From NCBI GenBank assembly GCA_963719225.1, contig CAVRAY010000001.1:2816001-2880000 (forward strand): a stretch of 64,000 nt of DNA, written 5' to 3'. This DNA is from Thermoanaerobaculia bacterium. GTDB lineage: Bacteria; Acidobacteriota; Thermoanaerobaculia; UBA5066. A program made the translations under genes and the position numbers. Positions 31,243 through 40,277 of the stretch are shown here, one piece after another. Under the pieces are notes generated by a model. It searched no databases. It saw only the letters and a program-made list of their open reading frames with translations, and was not told the origin of the DNA. How positions within the stretch are numbered: position 1 is the first letter of the stretch; each line of letters begins with the position of its first letter.

Positions 31243-31694
31243 GCCGCACCGCCCGGCTTGATCACGCTCACCGCGCCCTTGAGGTCGCCTTCCACCGTGA
31301 AGGCGGCCAGCGGACGGGGCGGCGGGCCCGAGATGACGCGGCCGTCGAGCGCGAACTTCCCGTTGTGGCAGGCGCACCAGATGATGCCGTCCGCCGGCAC
31401 GAACTGGACAGTGCAGCCCTCGTGCGTGCACTTGGCCGAGAGCGCTTTCAGCTTCTGCTCCTTGTCCTTCAGGAGCAGGACCCGATCGGTGCCGACGCGG
31501 GCGATCAGGAACCCGTTGCTCGAAAGCTCCTGTTTCTGAGCGTCGGTGAGCGTGGCCTTGTTCGAGCCGCCTCCGTCCTTGAGAGGCGTGAGGTACTTCA
31601 GGACCGGATAGAGAACGGCCCCCATCCACGCGGCGAAGCTCGTGCCGAGCAGGGCGTCGATCCAGCGACGCCGCGTGAGGGGCTGAGAGCCCAT
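31239..31694 (-). CDS. Rieske [2Fe-2S] protein
   Basis: TRRRW Tat-like signal; CTHEGC and CACHNG boxes; GPPPRPL. Confidence 0.93.
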   Translation of the reverse strand: MGSQPLTRRRWIDALLGTSFAAWMGAVLYPVLKYLTPLKDGGGSNKATLTDAQKQELSSNGFLIARVGTDRVLLLKDKEQKLKALSAKCTHEGCTVQFVPADGIIWCACHNGKFALDGRVISGPPPRPLAAFTVEGDLKGAVSVIKPGGAA

Positions 31695-31698
31695 GTTT

Positions 31699-32046
31699 CT
31701 ACTTGGACTTCGGGTCGCCAGGGTTCGTGCCCTTCTTGATCTCGTCCATGTTCTTCACGCCGTCGCCGTCGCTGTCGAGAGCCTCGATCTTCTCGAACTT
31801 GAGATCCTTCTTCACGGCCTTCGGGTCGACGGCTGCCTTCCCGAGGACGTCCTTTCCGTAGGGGTTCAGCTCGTGGTCTTCCTTCTTTGGAAGAGGCTTC
31901 ACGTGGCACGTCGTGCACTTGCCCAGCGAGGCCTTGGCGTCGGGATATTTCGCCACGAACGCCTTCTGGTTATCGAGGTTCGCGAGCAGCGTCGTGCCGA
32001 CGCAGAACGCAAGAACAGCGGAAACGGCCATCGTCGTTTTCTTCAT
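31699..32046 (-). CDS. Small monoheme cytochrome c with acidic Ca-binding-like repeat
   Basis: Signal peptide, CTTCH, DSDGDGVKNMDEIKKGTNPGD. Confidence 0.8.
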   Translation of the reverse strand: MKKTTMAVSAVLAFCVGTTLLANLDNQKAFVAKYPDAKASLGKCTTCHVKPLPKKEDHELNPYGKDVLGKAAVDPKAVKKDLKFEKIEALDSDGDGVKNMDEIKKGTNPGDPKSK

Positions 32047-32110
32047 GTCGTTCCTCCACTTTCGTCGCAGGAGAGCCTGAGTGCACGGGAAAGGATATCC
32101 CTAATTTGAA

Positions 32111-34234
32111 TCATTGCGTCCGAAGCCGCGTCGCGGCCTCGCGGAACTCGTCGAGGAGCTCCTGGAGCCGGCCCTCCTCACCTTCCGCGGGCCGGAGGCC
32201 GCCGAAAGACTCGCGGACGTAAGCGCGCACGATCGCTTCCGCGGGACGCGCGGCACGAGGTCCGAGCGCGGCCGCCGCGGCGAGAGTCTCGGCCGGCACG
32301 GACGCAGGGGTGAGCGGCGCGCCGGACCGATGAAGCGCCTTCTGGAGGCGCCGGTACGCGGCCGACGCGGGCGCCAGGCCCCGAGTCCTCCAGCGTGCGC
32401 CGCCCAGCCGCCGCCGGAAGAAAGCGAGCGCGAGGAGGAGCGCCACGCCCGCCGTGACGGCGACCACCTCGCTCCCGGGGAGACCCTTCCCTCCGCGCGC
32501 GCGCCGAAGCACGTCGAACGCGCCGCCCGCCGCTTCCCGGATCCTCCTCAGAAGCTCGACCTGGTCGCCTTGGCCGAACGAGAGGATGAAGCGGTCGTAG
32601 AAGAACTCCAGCCCGTCCGTCACCTGGCGCAGGCGCTGCGAGACGGGTACGCGTTCGAGACCCGGCTGGCCCGTTTTCGGCGTCGGATCGAAGGTAAGCC
32701 AGCCTTTCGACGCCCCGCACCAGACCTCGACCCACGCATGGACGTTCTGCCCTCGGACGAGGACGTATCGTCCGAAAGCGCCGACCTCTCCGCCGAGGAA
32801 GCCCGTCACGAACCGCGTCGGGACGCCCACTTCACGCAGAAGGAGCGCCATCGCCGTCGCGAACGTCTGGCAATGGCCCTTGCGCCGAGTCGCGACGAAA
32901 TCCTCGACGGCGTTCGGGCCGCGCGGCTGGAGATCCAGCTCGTAGTCCCAGTTCCTCAAGGCCTCCTCGATCTTGCCGGCCGCGGCCTCGGGATCGCTCG
33001 CGGGATCGATGCCAGCCAGCGTCTCGAGCGCGAAGGCGCGCAGCGTTCCGGAGCCGCCGGCCGTACCGGCCTCGACGAGGTCGCCGGGCTCGAGGTCGGG
33101 GACCGGCCGGATCCCGTACAGGACCGTGTACTGGATGGTGCGGTCGGGCTCCGTCGGCATCCGCACGTTGCGCGTCGCGTCCCGTTCGACGTAGGCGAGG
33201 TTCGGATTCCGGAACGAGCCCTCCGCGAGGCGGAGAGCATTGCCGAGAAGCGGATACGGAAGGGTGCGCGTCTGAATCGGCGTGAGGTCGATCGTCATCG
33301 CGGCGCCTCCCGACGCCGCGCGTGCGCCCGACGCGAGAGAGATGAGCGCGCCTTTTCCCGCAGGCAGAATGGTGGCCCCGCGCTCGCGCGTTTTCTTCCA
33401 GACGCCGCCCTCCCAACGCGAGAGCGCGAGCGTGCGCAGCCTCAGGATGGTCGCCGCGCCCTCGCCGAGCGGCTCGTCGCTCGTGATCCTCAGGAAGACC
33501 CGCTCGTTGCGCTTGAGGGCTCCGAAGAGATCCGGGTCCACGCTCTCCGAAAATCCCGTCGTGATCTCACGCCCGGCCTCCGAGCCCCTGACGTACGGGG
33601 TCTTGAGACGCGGAAGGAAGAGAAAGAGCGGCACCGAGATGACCACCGTCGACAGCACCGACGTGAACAGCGGCCCGCGACCCGGCAGCTCGCGCGCCGC
33701 GCGGTCGCGAGCCCATTCCTCCGGGGCGGCGGCGAGGTCGCGCCAGAGCGCCCACTTCACGAGGACCGCCCAGCCGACGAAGGCGACGAGGAGGACATAG
33801 AGGAGGATCGCGTAATGAAAGGAGGTCGACACGGAGGCGACGAACAGCATTCCCGAAAGGACGAGCGCGAGGGAGAGGTCGCGCTCCTTTCGGATCGCCG
33901 CGAGCTTGAACAGGTTCGTGAAGAGCAGGAGGTGGAGCATCGTCTTCAACAGCGTATGGCTCCCGAAGCGGACGTCGGCGACGATCACGGGGAGGTAGAG
34001 GATCCCGGCGAGATTCAGGGCGCGGTTCGAGAGTCGCGGAACGCGGCCGCTGCGCACGCGCAGGAGAAACGCGCCGAGCGTGCCGAGGTAGACGAGGAGG
34101 ACGAAAAGCTCGAGCGCGTTGGTGAAGAACAGGGGAATGGGGGCGAGAAGCGCGAGGGACCCGAGCGCGAGGAGGCGCTCCTTGAGAAACGGGATCGGCT
34201 CTTCCCCCGCCGCGGGAGCCGCACGCGCGGTCAC
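32111..34234 (-). CDS. DUF3488/transglutaminase (TgpA-like) membrane protein
   Basis: N-terminal TM helices; GHCQTFATAM, HAWVEV, FDPT catalytic triad motifs. Confidence 0.9.
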   Translation of the reverse strand: MTARAAPAAGEEPIPFLKERLLALGSLALLAPIPLFFTNALELFVLLVYLGTLGAFLLRVRSGRVPRLSNRALNLAGILYLPVIVADVRFGSHTLLKTMLHLLLFTNLFKLAAIRKERDLSLALVLSGMLFVASVSTSFHYAILLYVLLVAFVGWAVLVKWALWRDLAAAPEEWARDRAARELPGRGPLFTSVLSTVVISVPLFLFLPRLKTPYVRGSEAGREITTGFSESVDPDLFGALKRNERVFLRITSDEPLGEGAATILRLRTLALSRWEGGVWKKTRERGATILPAGKGALISLASGARAASGGAAMTIDLTPIQTRTLPYPLLGNALRLAEGSFRNPNLAYVERDATRNVRMPTEPDRTIQYTVLYGIRPVPDLEPGDLVEAGTAGGSGTLRAFALETLAGIDPASDPEAAAGKIEEALRNWDYELDLQPRGPNAVEDFVATRRKGHCQTFATAMALLLREVGVPTRFVTGFLGGEVGAFGRYVLVRGQNVHAWVEVWCGASKGWLTFDPTPKTGQPGLERVPVSQRLRQVTDGLEFFYDRFILSFGQGDQVELLRRIREAAGGAFDVLRRARGGKGLPGSEVVAVTAGVALLLALAFFRRRLGGARWRTRGLAPASAAYRRLQKALHRSGAPLTPASVPAETLAAAAALGPRAARPAEAIVRAYVRESFGGLRPAEGEEGRLQELLDEFREAATRLRTQ

Positions 34235-35253
34235 GCGGCTCTCTCCGGTCCGCGTCCCGCACGAAAAACGGCGACAGAGGCAGGAATGACGGAGGGCGGC
34301 CGCGCCGCATCGCCGCCGGACTCGACGAGGGCGAGTGCGCGCAGCAAGCCGCGCCGGTGCGCGGGTCCGGAACCGGGCGGAACGATCGTGCCTCCGAGCA
34401 GGAGTCCCACCCGGCTTCCGCGCGCGAGGAGCCGCAGCGCGAGCCCCGCGGCCTCGGAGACGGAACGCTCGAAGGCCTCGGTCCAGGGGGCATCCGCCTC
34501 CGGCGGGCGGTACGTCTCGAGGGCGACGAGCGCGTCGCGGCCTTCCTCGGAGGCGCGCTCCTTGATGATGAACTTTCCCTGGCGTGCCGTCTGGGGCCAG
34601 TGGACGTCGCGTGGGTCGTCACCGAATCCCGCTTCGCGCAGATTGCGGATCTCCGCTCCGCGCCCTCTCCGCCGGTCGCGGGGATCGCCGCCCTCCGCTT
34701 CCCGCGGGTCGGGCGGGACGTACGGCACCGCCGCAGGGGCCGGATACACGAGGCGCTCGTCCTCGAGCGGGTGGACGCGGCCCTTCCGGAAGAGGCCGAT
34801 CGGATAGCCGCTGTAGAGGAGAAGCGACTCGATCGACCGCCGGCCCCGCTTCGGAAAGACGAGGTCCACTCCGCGCTCGGCGGGACGGCCGGGATCGAGG
34901 CGGCCGAAGAGGATCGGCGCCGAAGCGCTCGAGATCTTCACGAGGAGGCCGCGCCGCGGGAGGCGCCCGAAATTCGTGAGCCGGAGCGTGAAGCGCACCG
35001 GCACGCCCGCGAAGATCTCCGCCGGGCCCTCGAGCTCGACGGCGACGTTTTCCACGTTCCGGCGCGAGATGACGCCCGAGACCACCAGCGCGCCGAGAAA
35101 AAGCGACACGAGGATGTAGAGGCCGTTGTTGCCGGTGTTCGTCGCGGCCACGGCGACGACGAGCGTCAGGAGGATGAACCCCAACCCCAGGTTCGTGACC
35201 CTCACGAGGATGCCCGGGTGGAGGAGCTTCTTCAGGCGCGCGGCGAAGACCAC
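34231..35253 (-). CDS. DUF58 protein
   Basis: NTGNNGLY, YPIGLF, GDDPRDVHW; MoxR operon context. Confidence 0.88.
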   Translation of the reverse strand: MVFAARLKKLLHPGILVRVTNLGLGFILLTLVVAVAATNTGNNGLYILVSLFLGALVVSGVISRRNVENVAVELEGPAEIFAGVPVRFTLRLTNFGRLPRRGLLVKISSASAPILFGRLDPGRPAERGVDLVFPKRGRRSIESLLLYSGYPIGLFRKGRVHPLEDERLVYPAPAAVPYVPPDPREAEGGDPRDRRRGRGAEIRNLREAGFGDDPRDVHWPQTARQGKFIIKERASEEGRDALVALETYRPPEADAPWTEAFERSVSEAAGLALRLLARGSRVGLLLGGTIVPPGSGPAHRRGLLRALALVESGGDAARPPSVIPASVAVFRAGRGPERAA

Positions 35254-35257
35254 GGGC

Positions 35258-36244
35258 TCACAGGGGGACGGGCGTCTCGTCGAGAATGCGTTGGATCGCG
35301 TCGCGCTCGCGCCGTCCGCTCCCCCCGCCGTCCCACGCTCCCGGCTGTGAGGCGAGAACCCGATGAGCGAGCGTCGCGACGGCGACGCGTTTGACGTCGT
35401 CCGGCGTGGCATAGGGCCGGCCCGAGACGAGAGCGCGCGCCTGCACCGCGCGGAAAAAGCCCTGCGAGCCGCGCGGCGAGACCCCGAGGAGGAGATCCTT
35501 GCCGTTCCGGGTGCGAGAGACGATCGCGAGGATGTAATCCATGAGCTTGTCGGCGACCGTGACGCGCTCGGTCGCGGACTGCGCGGCGGCCAGCTCCTCG
35601 AGCGTGAGCGCCGGCGCGAGCGTCGCCAGGACGCGGTCGGCGCCGCCGGAGAGGAGGAGGCGTCTCTCGTCCTCCCGCGCGGGATAACCGAGCGAGATGC
35701 GCATGAGGAAGCGGTCGAGCTGCGACTCGGGCAGCGGGTACGTGCCGAGGTACTCGACCGGATTCTGCGTCGCGAGGACGAGGAACGGCTCCGGTAGCGG
35801 CCGGGTGACGCTGTCGGAGGACACGGCGCGCTCGCTCATCGCCTGCAGCAGCGCCGCCTGCGTCTTCGGCGTCGCGCGGTTGATCTCGTCGGCCAGGAGC
35901 ACCGGAGTGAACACGGGACCCGGATGGAACTCGAACTCCTGCGTCCGGACGTTGAAGACCGTGAGGCCGAGAATGTCGGAGGGCAGGGTGTCCGGCGTGA
36001 ACTGCACGCGGTGGACGCCGACGCCGAGAGCCTTTCCGAGGGCCGAGGCGAGCGTCGTCTTGCCCACGCCGGGAACGTCTTCGATCAGGAGATGGCCGCG
36101 CGCGAGGAGGCACACGACCGCGTCCTCGACGGCCGCCGCCGGCCCGCGGTAGGCCATGCGAACGGTGGCGACGAGCCGCCCGAGAGACGCGAGGATCGTC
36201 GCCGTCGGCGTGTTCGCCGCGGAAGACGTCCGGGCGTCGGTCAT
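35258..36244 (-). CDS. MoxR family AAA+ ATPase
   Basis: EDVPGVGKT, DEINRA, ATQNP, LPESQLDRF. Confidence 0.94.
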   Translation of the reverse strand: MTDARTSSAANTPTATILASLGRLVATVRMAYRGPAAAVEDAVVCLLARGHLLIEDVPGVGKTTLASALGKALGVGVHRVQFTPDTLPSDILGLTVFNVRTQEFEFHPGPVFTPVLLADEINRATPKTQAALLQAMSERAVSSDSVTRPLPEPFLVLATQNPVEYLGTYPLPESQLDRFLMRISLGYPAREDERRLLLSGGADRVLATLAPALTLEELAAAQSATERVTVADKLMDYILAIVSRTRNGKDLLLGVSPRGSQGFFRAVQARALVSGRPYATPDDVKRVAVATLAHRVLASQPGAWDGGGSGRRERDAIQRILDETPVPL

Positions 36245-37398
36245 CGCGAAAGTCCCTCTTCCACGCTCCGGCGAAGGGCGTCCGAGGCGCCCCGGCGCAT
36301 GACGAGCACGCCGTCCTTGGAGTCCACGACCGCGACGTCCGACAACCCGACGACGCGCACGGGCCGCCCTTCGGCGAGGACGAGGTTGCCGGAACCTTCC
36401 ACCGCGGCAGCGGGGCCTTCGAGCACGTTCCGGCCCGAAGCTCCACCCCGGAACTCGAAGACCGCTTCCCACGAGCCGAGGTCGCTCCAGCCGCACGCGC
36501 AGGGGACCGTGAGCACCTCACGAGCCTTTTCCATGACGGCGACGTCGAAGGAGACGGAGGGGGATGAAGAGAAGATTTCTGCGAATAAAGACGAAGAGGA
36601 AGAGGGGGTTTCTTCGAAGGTGGAAGAACCAGCTCTTCGAGCGGCATGTGCGCGGCGAGCGATGTTCAGGATATCGGGACACGCCCTCTCCATTTCTTCG
36701 AAGAGCAGCGAGGCCCGGAACACGAAGATGCCGGCGTTCCAATAGAAGCGGCCGGAGGCGAGGAATTGCTGGGCGCGCGCCAGGTCTGGCTTCTCGATGA
36801 ACCGTACGACACGTCGTGCCGCGGCTCCCCCTCCCCTCTTCCCATTCTCAGAAATCTTTTCTTTATTCCCTTTTTCTTCAGCAGAAATTTTTTCTTTCTC
36901 TTCTTCTTCTTCGACCTCCATGTACCCGAATCCCGTTTCGGCGCGCGTTGGCGGAATGCCGAGCGTGACGAAGGCGTCGTGCGTGTGCGCCGCGTCCGCC
37001 GCCGCGCGCAGGCCGGCGAGAAATGCCGCCTCGTCGCGCACGGCCTGGTCGGAGGGAAGGACGGCGAGAACGGCGCCCGGCTCGCCCTCCGATGCGGCAA
37101 GCGCGGAGAGCGCGATCGCGGGCGCCGTGTTGCGCCGCACGGGCTCGAGGACGAAGTGCGACCGCGCCACCTCGGGCAGCTCGGCGAAGAGGAGCGCGGC
37201 GTGGGCGGCTCGCCCGGAAATGAAAACGTTCCCGGCGCCGGCAAGGGCGATCGCGCGCCGAAACGTCTGCTTCAGGAGTGATTCGCCGCCCGTCAGCGCG
37301 AGGAAAGGCTTCGGACGCTCGTTCGTCGAGCGCGGCCACAGGCGCGTGCCGCTGCCGCCGGCGAGGATGAGCGCGCGGAGGCTCCCAGGGTGAGACAT
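36241..37398 (-). CDS. manC: Mannose-1-phosphate guanylyltransferase (no cupin domain)
   Basis: LAGGSGTRLWP.S, RNTAPA, FIEKP, WNAGIF, WSDLGSW; two low-complexity insertions. Confidence 0.9.
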   Translation of the reverse strand: MSHPGSLRALILAGGSGTRLWPRSTNERPKPFLALTGGESLLKQTFRRAIALAGAGNVFISGRAAHAALLFAELPEVARSHFVLEPVRRNTAPAIALSALAASEGEPGAVLAVLPSDQAVRDEAAFLAGLRAAADAAHTHDAFVTLGIPPTRAETGFGYMEVEEEEEKEKISAEEKGNKEKISENGKRGGGAAARRVVRFIEKPDLARAQQFLASGRFYWNAGIFVFRASLLFEEMERACPDILNIARRAHAARRAGSSTFEETPSSSSSLFAEIFSSSPSVSFDVAVMEKAREVLTVPCACGWSDLGSWEAVFEFRGGASGRNVLEGPAAAVEGSGNLVLAEGRPVRVVGLSDVAVVDSKDGVLVMRRGASDALRRSVEEGLSR

Positions 37399-37432
37399 CC
37401 AGAGGATTGTACGGGGCCGAAGATCGTCTAGC

Positions 37433-37472
37433 CGGGGGGAACCATTCTATGGTTCCCCCCGCGCCCCCCTCC
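37433..37472. repeat. REP-like palindromic element, copy 2 (possible terminator)
   Basis: CGGGGGGAACCAT-TCT-ATGGTTCCCCCCG hairpin plus CCCCCTCC tail; same architecture as the copy at 20982 but inverted. Confidence 0.6.
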
Positions 37473-38620
37473 TAGGGATCGATGTTCGTGATGAAGATCG
37501 GCTTGCCGCCCTCGACTTTCATCATCACGGCGCTCTTGACGGGGTCGCCCGATCCCGCCGGGAACGTCATCTTCCCCGTCACGCCTTCGAACTCCCGGAT
37601 TTTCGAGAGCGCGTCCCGGATCGATTCGCGGTCCGGTTTCGCCGCGCCTGGGAGCGCCTTGGCGAGCAACATGAAGGAGTCGTACGTCAGGGCGGCCACG
37701 TCGTCCGGCGTCTGGGAGTACTTGTTCCGGTACCGCGTCACGAACTTCGCGACGGCATCCACGCGCGCTTCCGGCGCGTAGTGGTTGCAGAACGTCGCGC
37801 CTTCGGCATCCGGTCCGCTCAGCTTGACGAGCTCAGGGCTGCTCCAGTTGTCGCTGCCCAGAAACGGCACGTTGATGCCGAGCTTGTGAGCCTGCTGGAG
37901 CTGCAGCGGAACCTCGTTGTAGTAACTGGGAAGGAAAACGAGATCGGGCGACGCAGCCTTGATCCGGCCGAGCTGCGAGGTGAACTCCTTGTCCCCCGTC
38001 TTGTAGGTTTCGAAGGCGACGACCTTGCCGCCCGCTTCCTCGAAGTCCTTCTTGAAGAGCTCTGCCTGGCTTTTTGGCGCCTCCGAGTCTGGGTCGTAGA
38101 GAACGGCAGCTTTCGTGGCTCGCAGGTAGCCGGTCGCAAACTTCGCGAGGACGTGTCCCTCGAAGGCATCGGTGAAGCAGGCGCGGAAGACCCACCTCTT
38201 TCTGGCCGTGGTTTTCGGGTTCGTGGACCACGGCGAGATCATGGTGACCTTCGCATCCTCGGCCACCTGCGCGGCGGGCACGGCGCCGAGGCTCGCATTC
38301 GGACCCACGATGGCGAGGACCTTGTCATCCTTCGCGAGGCGCTTCGCGGCCTCCACGGCCTCCCCCGCGGACCCCTTGCTGTCTTCCATCACCAGCCGGA
38401 TCTGATGGGACGTCCCGGCGACTTTCACCCCGCCCGCCCCATTGAGCTTGGCCACGGCCATTTCCGCCGCGTTCTTGCACGAGACTCCGACGGCGGGGAT
38501 GTCGCCGCTCAACTCGGCGATCACGCCGACGCTCAGGACGGGGAGCTCCTTCTTGCCGCAGGCCCCGGACAGGGCTGCAGCGGAGAGGAGAAACAGGCAG
38601 AGTGTCGAATGTCTTTTCAT
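37472..38620 (-). CDS. Branched-chain amino acid ABC substrate-binding lipoprotein (LivK/LivJ-like)
   Basis: Lipobox LSGAC; STNP, FRACFTD, AALTYD, FEGVTG. Confidence 0.9.
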   Translation of the reverse strand: MKRHSTLCLFLLSAAALSGACGKKELPVLSVGVIAELSGDIPAVGVSCKNAAEMAVAKLNGAGGVKVAGTSHQIRLVMEDSKGSAGEAVEAAKRLAKDDKVLAIVGPNASLGAVPAAQVAEDAKVTMISPWSTNPKTTARKRWVFRACFTDAFEGHVLAKFATGYLRATKAAVLYDPDSEAPKSQAELFKKDFEEAGGKVVAFETYKTGDKEFTSQLGRIKAASPDLVFLPSYYNEVPLQLQQAHKLGINVPFLGSDNWSSPELVKLSGPDAEGATFCNHYAPEARVDAVAKFVTRYRNKYSQTPDDVAALTYDSFMLLAKALPGAAKPDRESIRDALSKIREFEGVTGKMTFPAGSGDPVKSAVMMKVEGGKPIFITNIDP

Positions 38621-39516
38621 GGAGGTGTCCTCCCGAGCACTTTAATCTCCGGGACCAGCTCGATGCCAAATCGTCCTTTCACGGCTTCCATCATTTCATC
38701 CATCAGCCCCGTGACGTCCGCCGCCGTCGCTCCCCCGAGATTGACGATGACGTTCGCGTGAACGGGCGAGATTTCCGCGCCCCCGATGCGGCGCCCCTTC
38801 AGGCCGCAATCCTCCAGCAGCCTGCCCGCGAAGAGTCCGGGCGGGTTCTTGAAGATCGATCCCGCGTTCGGCTGTTTCGGGAGCGCCCCTCTTCTCTTCG
38901 CGGTCACCTCGTGGATGCGCGCCGCGATGACGTCCGGGGCCTTGGGGACGAGCCGCAGCGCGGCGCCGGAGATGACGTCCTCCGACTCGCAGAGAGCGGT
39001 CCAGCGGTAGGCGTGAAGGATCTCCGACGCTGGGACCGTCCGGCGCTCGCCCCGAGTCGAGACGAGATCAACCGCGACGAGCACTTCGAAGATCTCCGAG
39101 CCGTAGGAGCCTGCGTTGATCCTCACGGCTCCCCCGAGCGAAGACGGGATGCCCGATAGATTCTCGAGCCCGGACAGCCCCGCTTTCTGAGTCGCCATGG
39201 CGAGCGACATCAGAGACACACCGCTGCCCGCGACGACATCCGGAGGCGCGATCCGCGTCGCCAGGAAGTCACCCGCGAGTGTGAAAACGACTCCGGGGAA
39301 GCCCACGTCCGGGACGAGGAGGTTGGAGCCTTTCCCGAGCGCCAGGCTCGGAATTCTCTCCGTCCGGCACGCGGCGAGGAGGGCCGCGAGCGCGTCCGCG
39401 TCGTGGACCTCGACGAAGTACCGTGCCGGACCGCCGATCCGGAGCGTCGTCCGTCCTGAGAGAGGAACGTTCTCGCGCACGGTGGCGCGCATTCCGCTCA
39501 GGGCCTCTTCGATCAT
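38617..39516 (-). CDS. murB: UDP-N-acetylenolpyruvoylglucosamine reductase
   Basis: TTLRIGGPA, GKGSNLL, GIPSSLGG..NAG, GSIFKNP, HAN. Confidence 0.95.
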   Translation of the reverse strand: MIEEALSGMRATVRENVPLSGRTTLRIGGPARYFVEVHDADALAALLAACRTERIPSLALGKGSNLLVPDVGFPGVVFTLAGDFLATRIAPPDVVAGSGVSLMSLAMATQKAGLSGLENLSGIPSSLGGAVRINAGSYGSEIFEVLVAVDLVSTRGERRTVPASEILHAYRWTALCESEDVISGAALRLVPKAPDVIAARIHEVTAKRRGALPKQPNAGSIFKNPPGLFAGRLLEDCGLKGRRIGGAEISPVHANVIVNLGGATAADVTGLMDEMMEAVKGRFGIELVPEIKVLGRTPP

Positions 39517-40073
39517 CGCGTCACGACGAGGGCGGTGCCGACGAAGACCGCGGCGATCACGCCCGCCACGACGTCGTCCGCCATGATTCCCCAGCCGTGC
39601 GGCAGGCGCTCGAGCGCGGCGATGGGTCCAGGCTTCCAGACGTCGAGGATGCGAAAGATCAGAAACGAAGACAGGGCGGCGCCGATTCGCAGTGCGTGGG
39701 CTCCTTGAGGCACGAGCGCCCAAACCGGAACAAGCGCGATCGACTGCCCCGCGACCTCGTCCACGACGATCTCCGGCGGGTCGACTCGGCCGCGCAGGCG
39801 TGCCGTCTCGCCTGCGGCGTGAACGCCGATCAGGGCGACCCCGAGGGCGAAACCGAAAAGGCCCCCCGCGCCCGCGAAAGCCGCCACGAGAGACGCGAGG
39901 GGAATCGCCACGAGGCTTGCCCACGTTCCCGGCGCCGCGGGCAGGAACCCGGTCCCGAACCACGTCGCCACGAGCGTCGTCACGCGCGAGGCCGCGAAGA
40001 CGTCGGGCCAGGGGCGAAGATTCTCTTGCGTTTCGCGGATATCGGACCTAACTTGCACGCGTTCCTTCCGCAC
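39513..40073 (-). CDS. pgpA: Phosphatidylglycerophosphatase A
   Basis: APGTWAS, DP.EIVVDEVAG, FRILDVWKP, GIMADD. Confidence 0.93.
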   Translation of the reverse strand: MRKERVQVRSDIRETQENLRPWPDVFAASRVTTLVATWFGTGFLPAAPGTWASLVAIPLASLVAAFAGAGGLFGFALGVALIGVHAAGETARLRGRVDPPEIVVDEVAGQSIALVPVWALVPQGAHALRIGAALSSFLIFRILDVWKPGPIAALERLPHGWGIMADDVVAGVIAAVFVGTALVVTR

Positions 40074-40109
40074 GGCGACGCCATCCTAGGCCGATTCGCC
40101 GCGTTTTCG

Positions 40110-40198
40110 GACTTCTTAGAAGGGTGAGTGAAGTCGGGGCGGCGTGTCTCGCCTCGGCCGAACAAGAACGCGCTGCGTTCATTCACCTTCTAAGAAAA
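40110..40198. repeat. Convergent TTC-N3-GAA motif pair in the pgpA-recA divergent intergenic region
   Basis: GACTTCTTAGAAGGGTGA (+) and TTTTCTTAGAAGGTGAA (-); centres 75 bp apart. Confidence 0.75.
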
Positions 40199-40277
40199 GC
40201 TCCGCCGCCCGATGCGAAAGTCAAGCTAATCGAGTTTCCCAGAAACCTATATATTTGCCACGCTTGAAGGAGACCCA

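Noticed and set aside
21135-31539. Very long antisense or alternate-frame ORFs (e.g. 21135-24131 +, 28156-31539 +; also 42813-47138 + and 322-3153 +)
   Set aside because: Shadow ORFs typical of high-GC DNA overlapping clear genes. Only the 3' ends of 322-3153 (DnaE2 tail) and 42813-47138 (gene from 46542) look real.
32111-36244. MoxR-DUF58-transglutaminase operon as a novel system
   Set aside because: Well-known widespread module
14286-39096. Weaker motif-like matches (ATCTTCGAAAGGT at 14286; GAGATCTTCGAAGTG reverse at 39082)
   Set aside because: Degenerate, unpaired and explainable by ordinary codons
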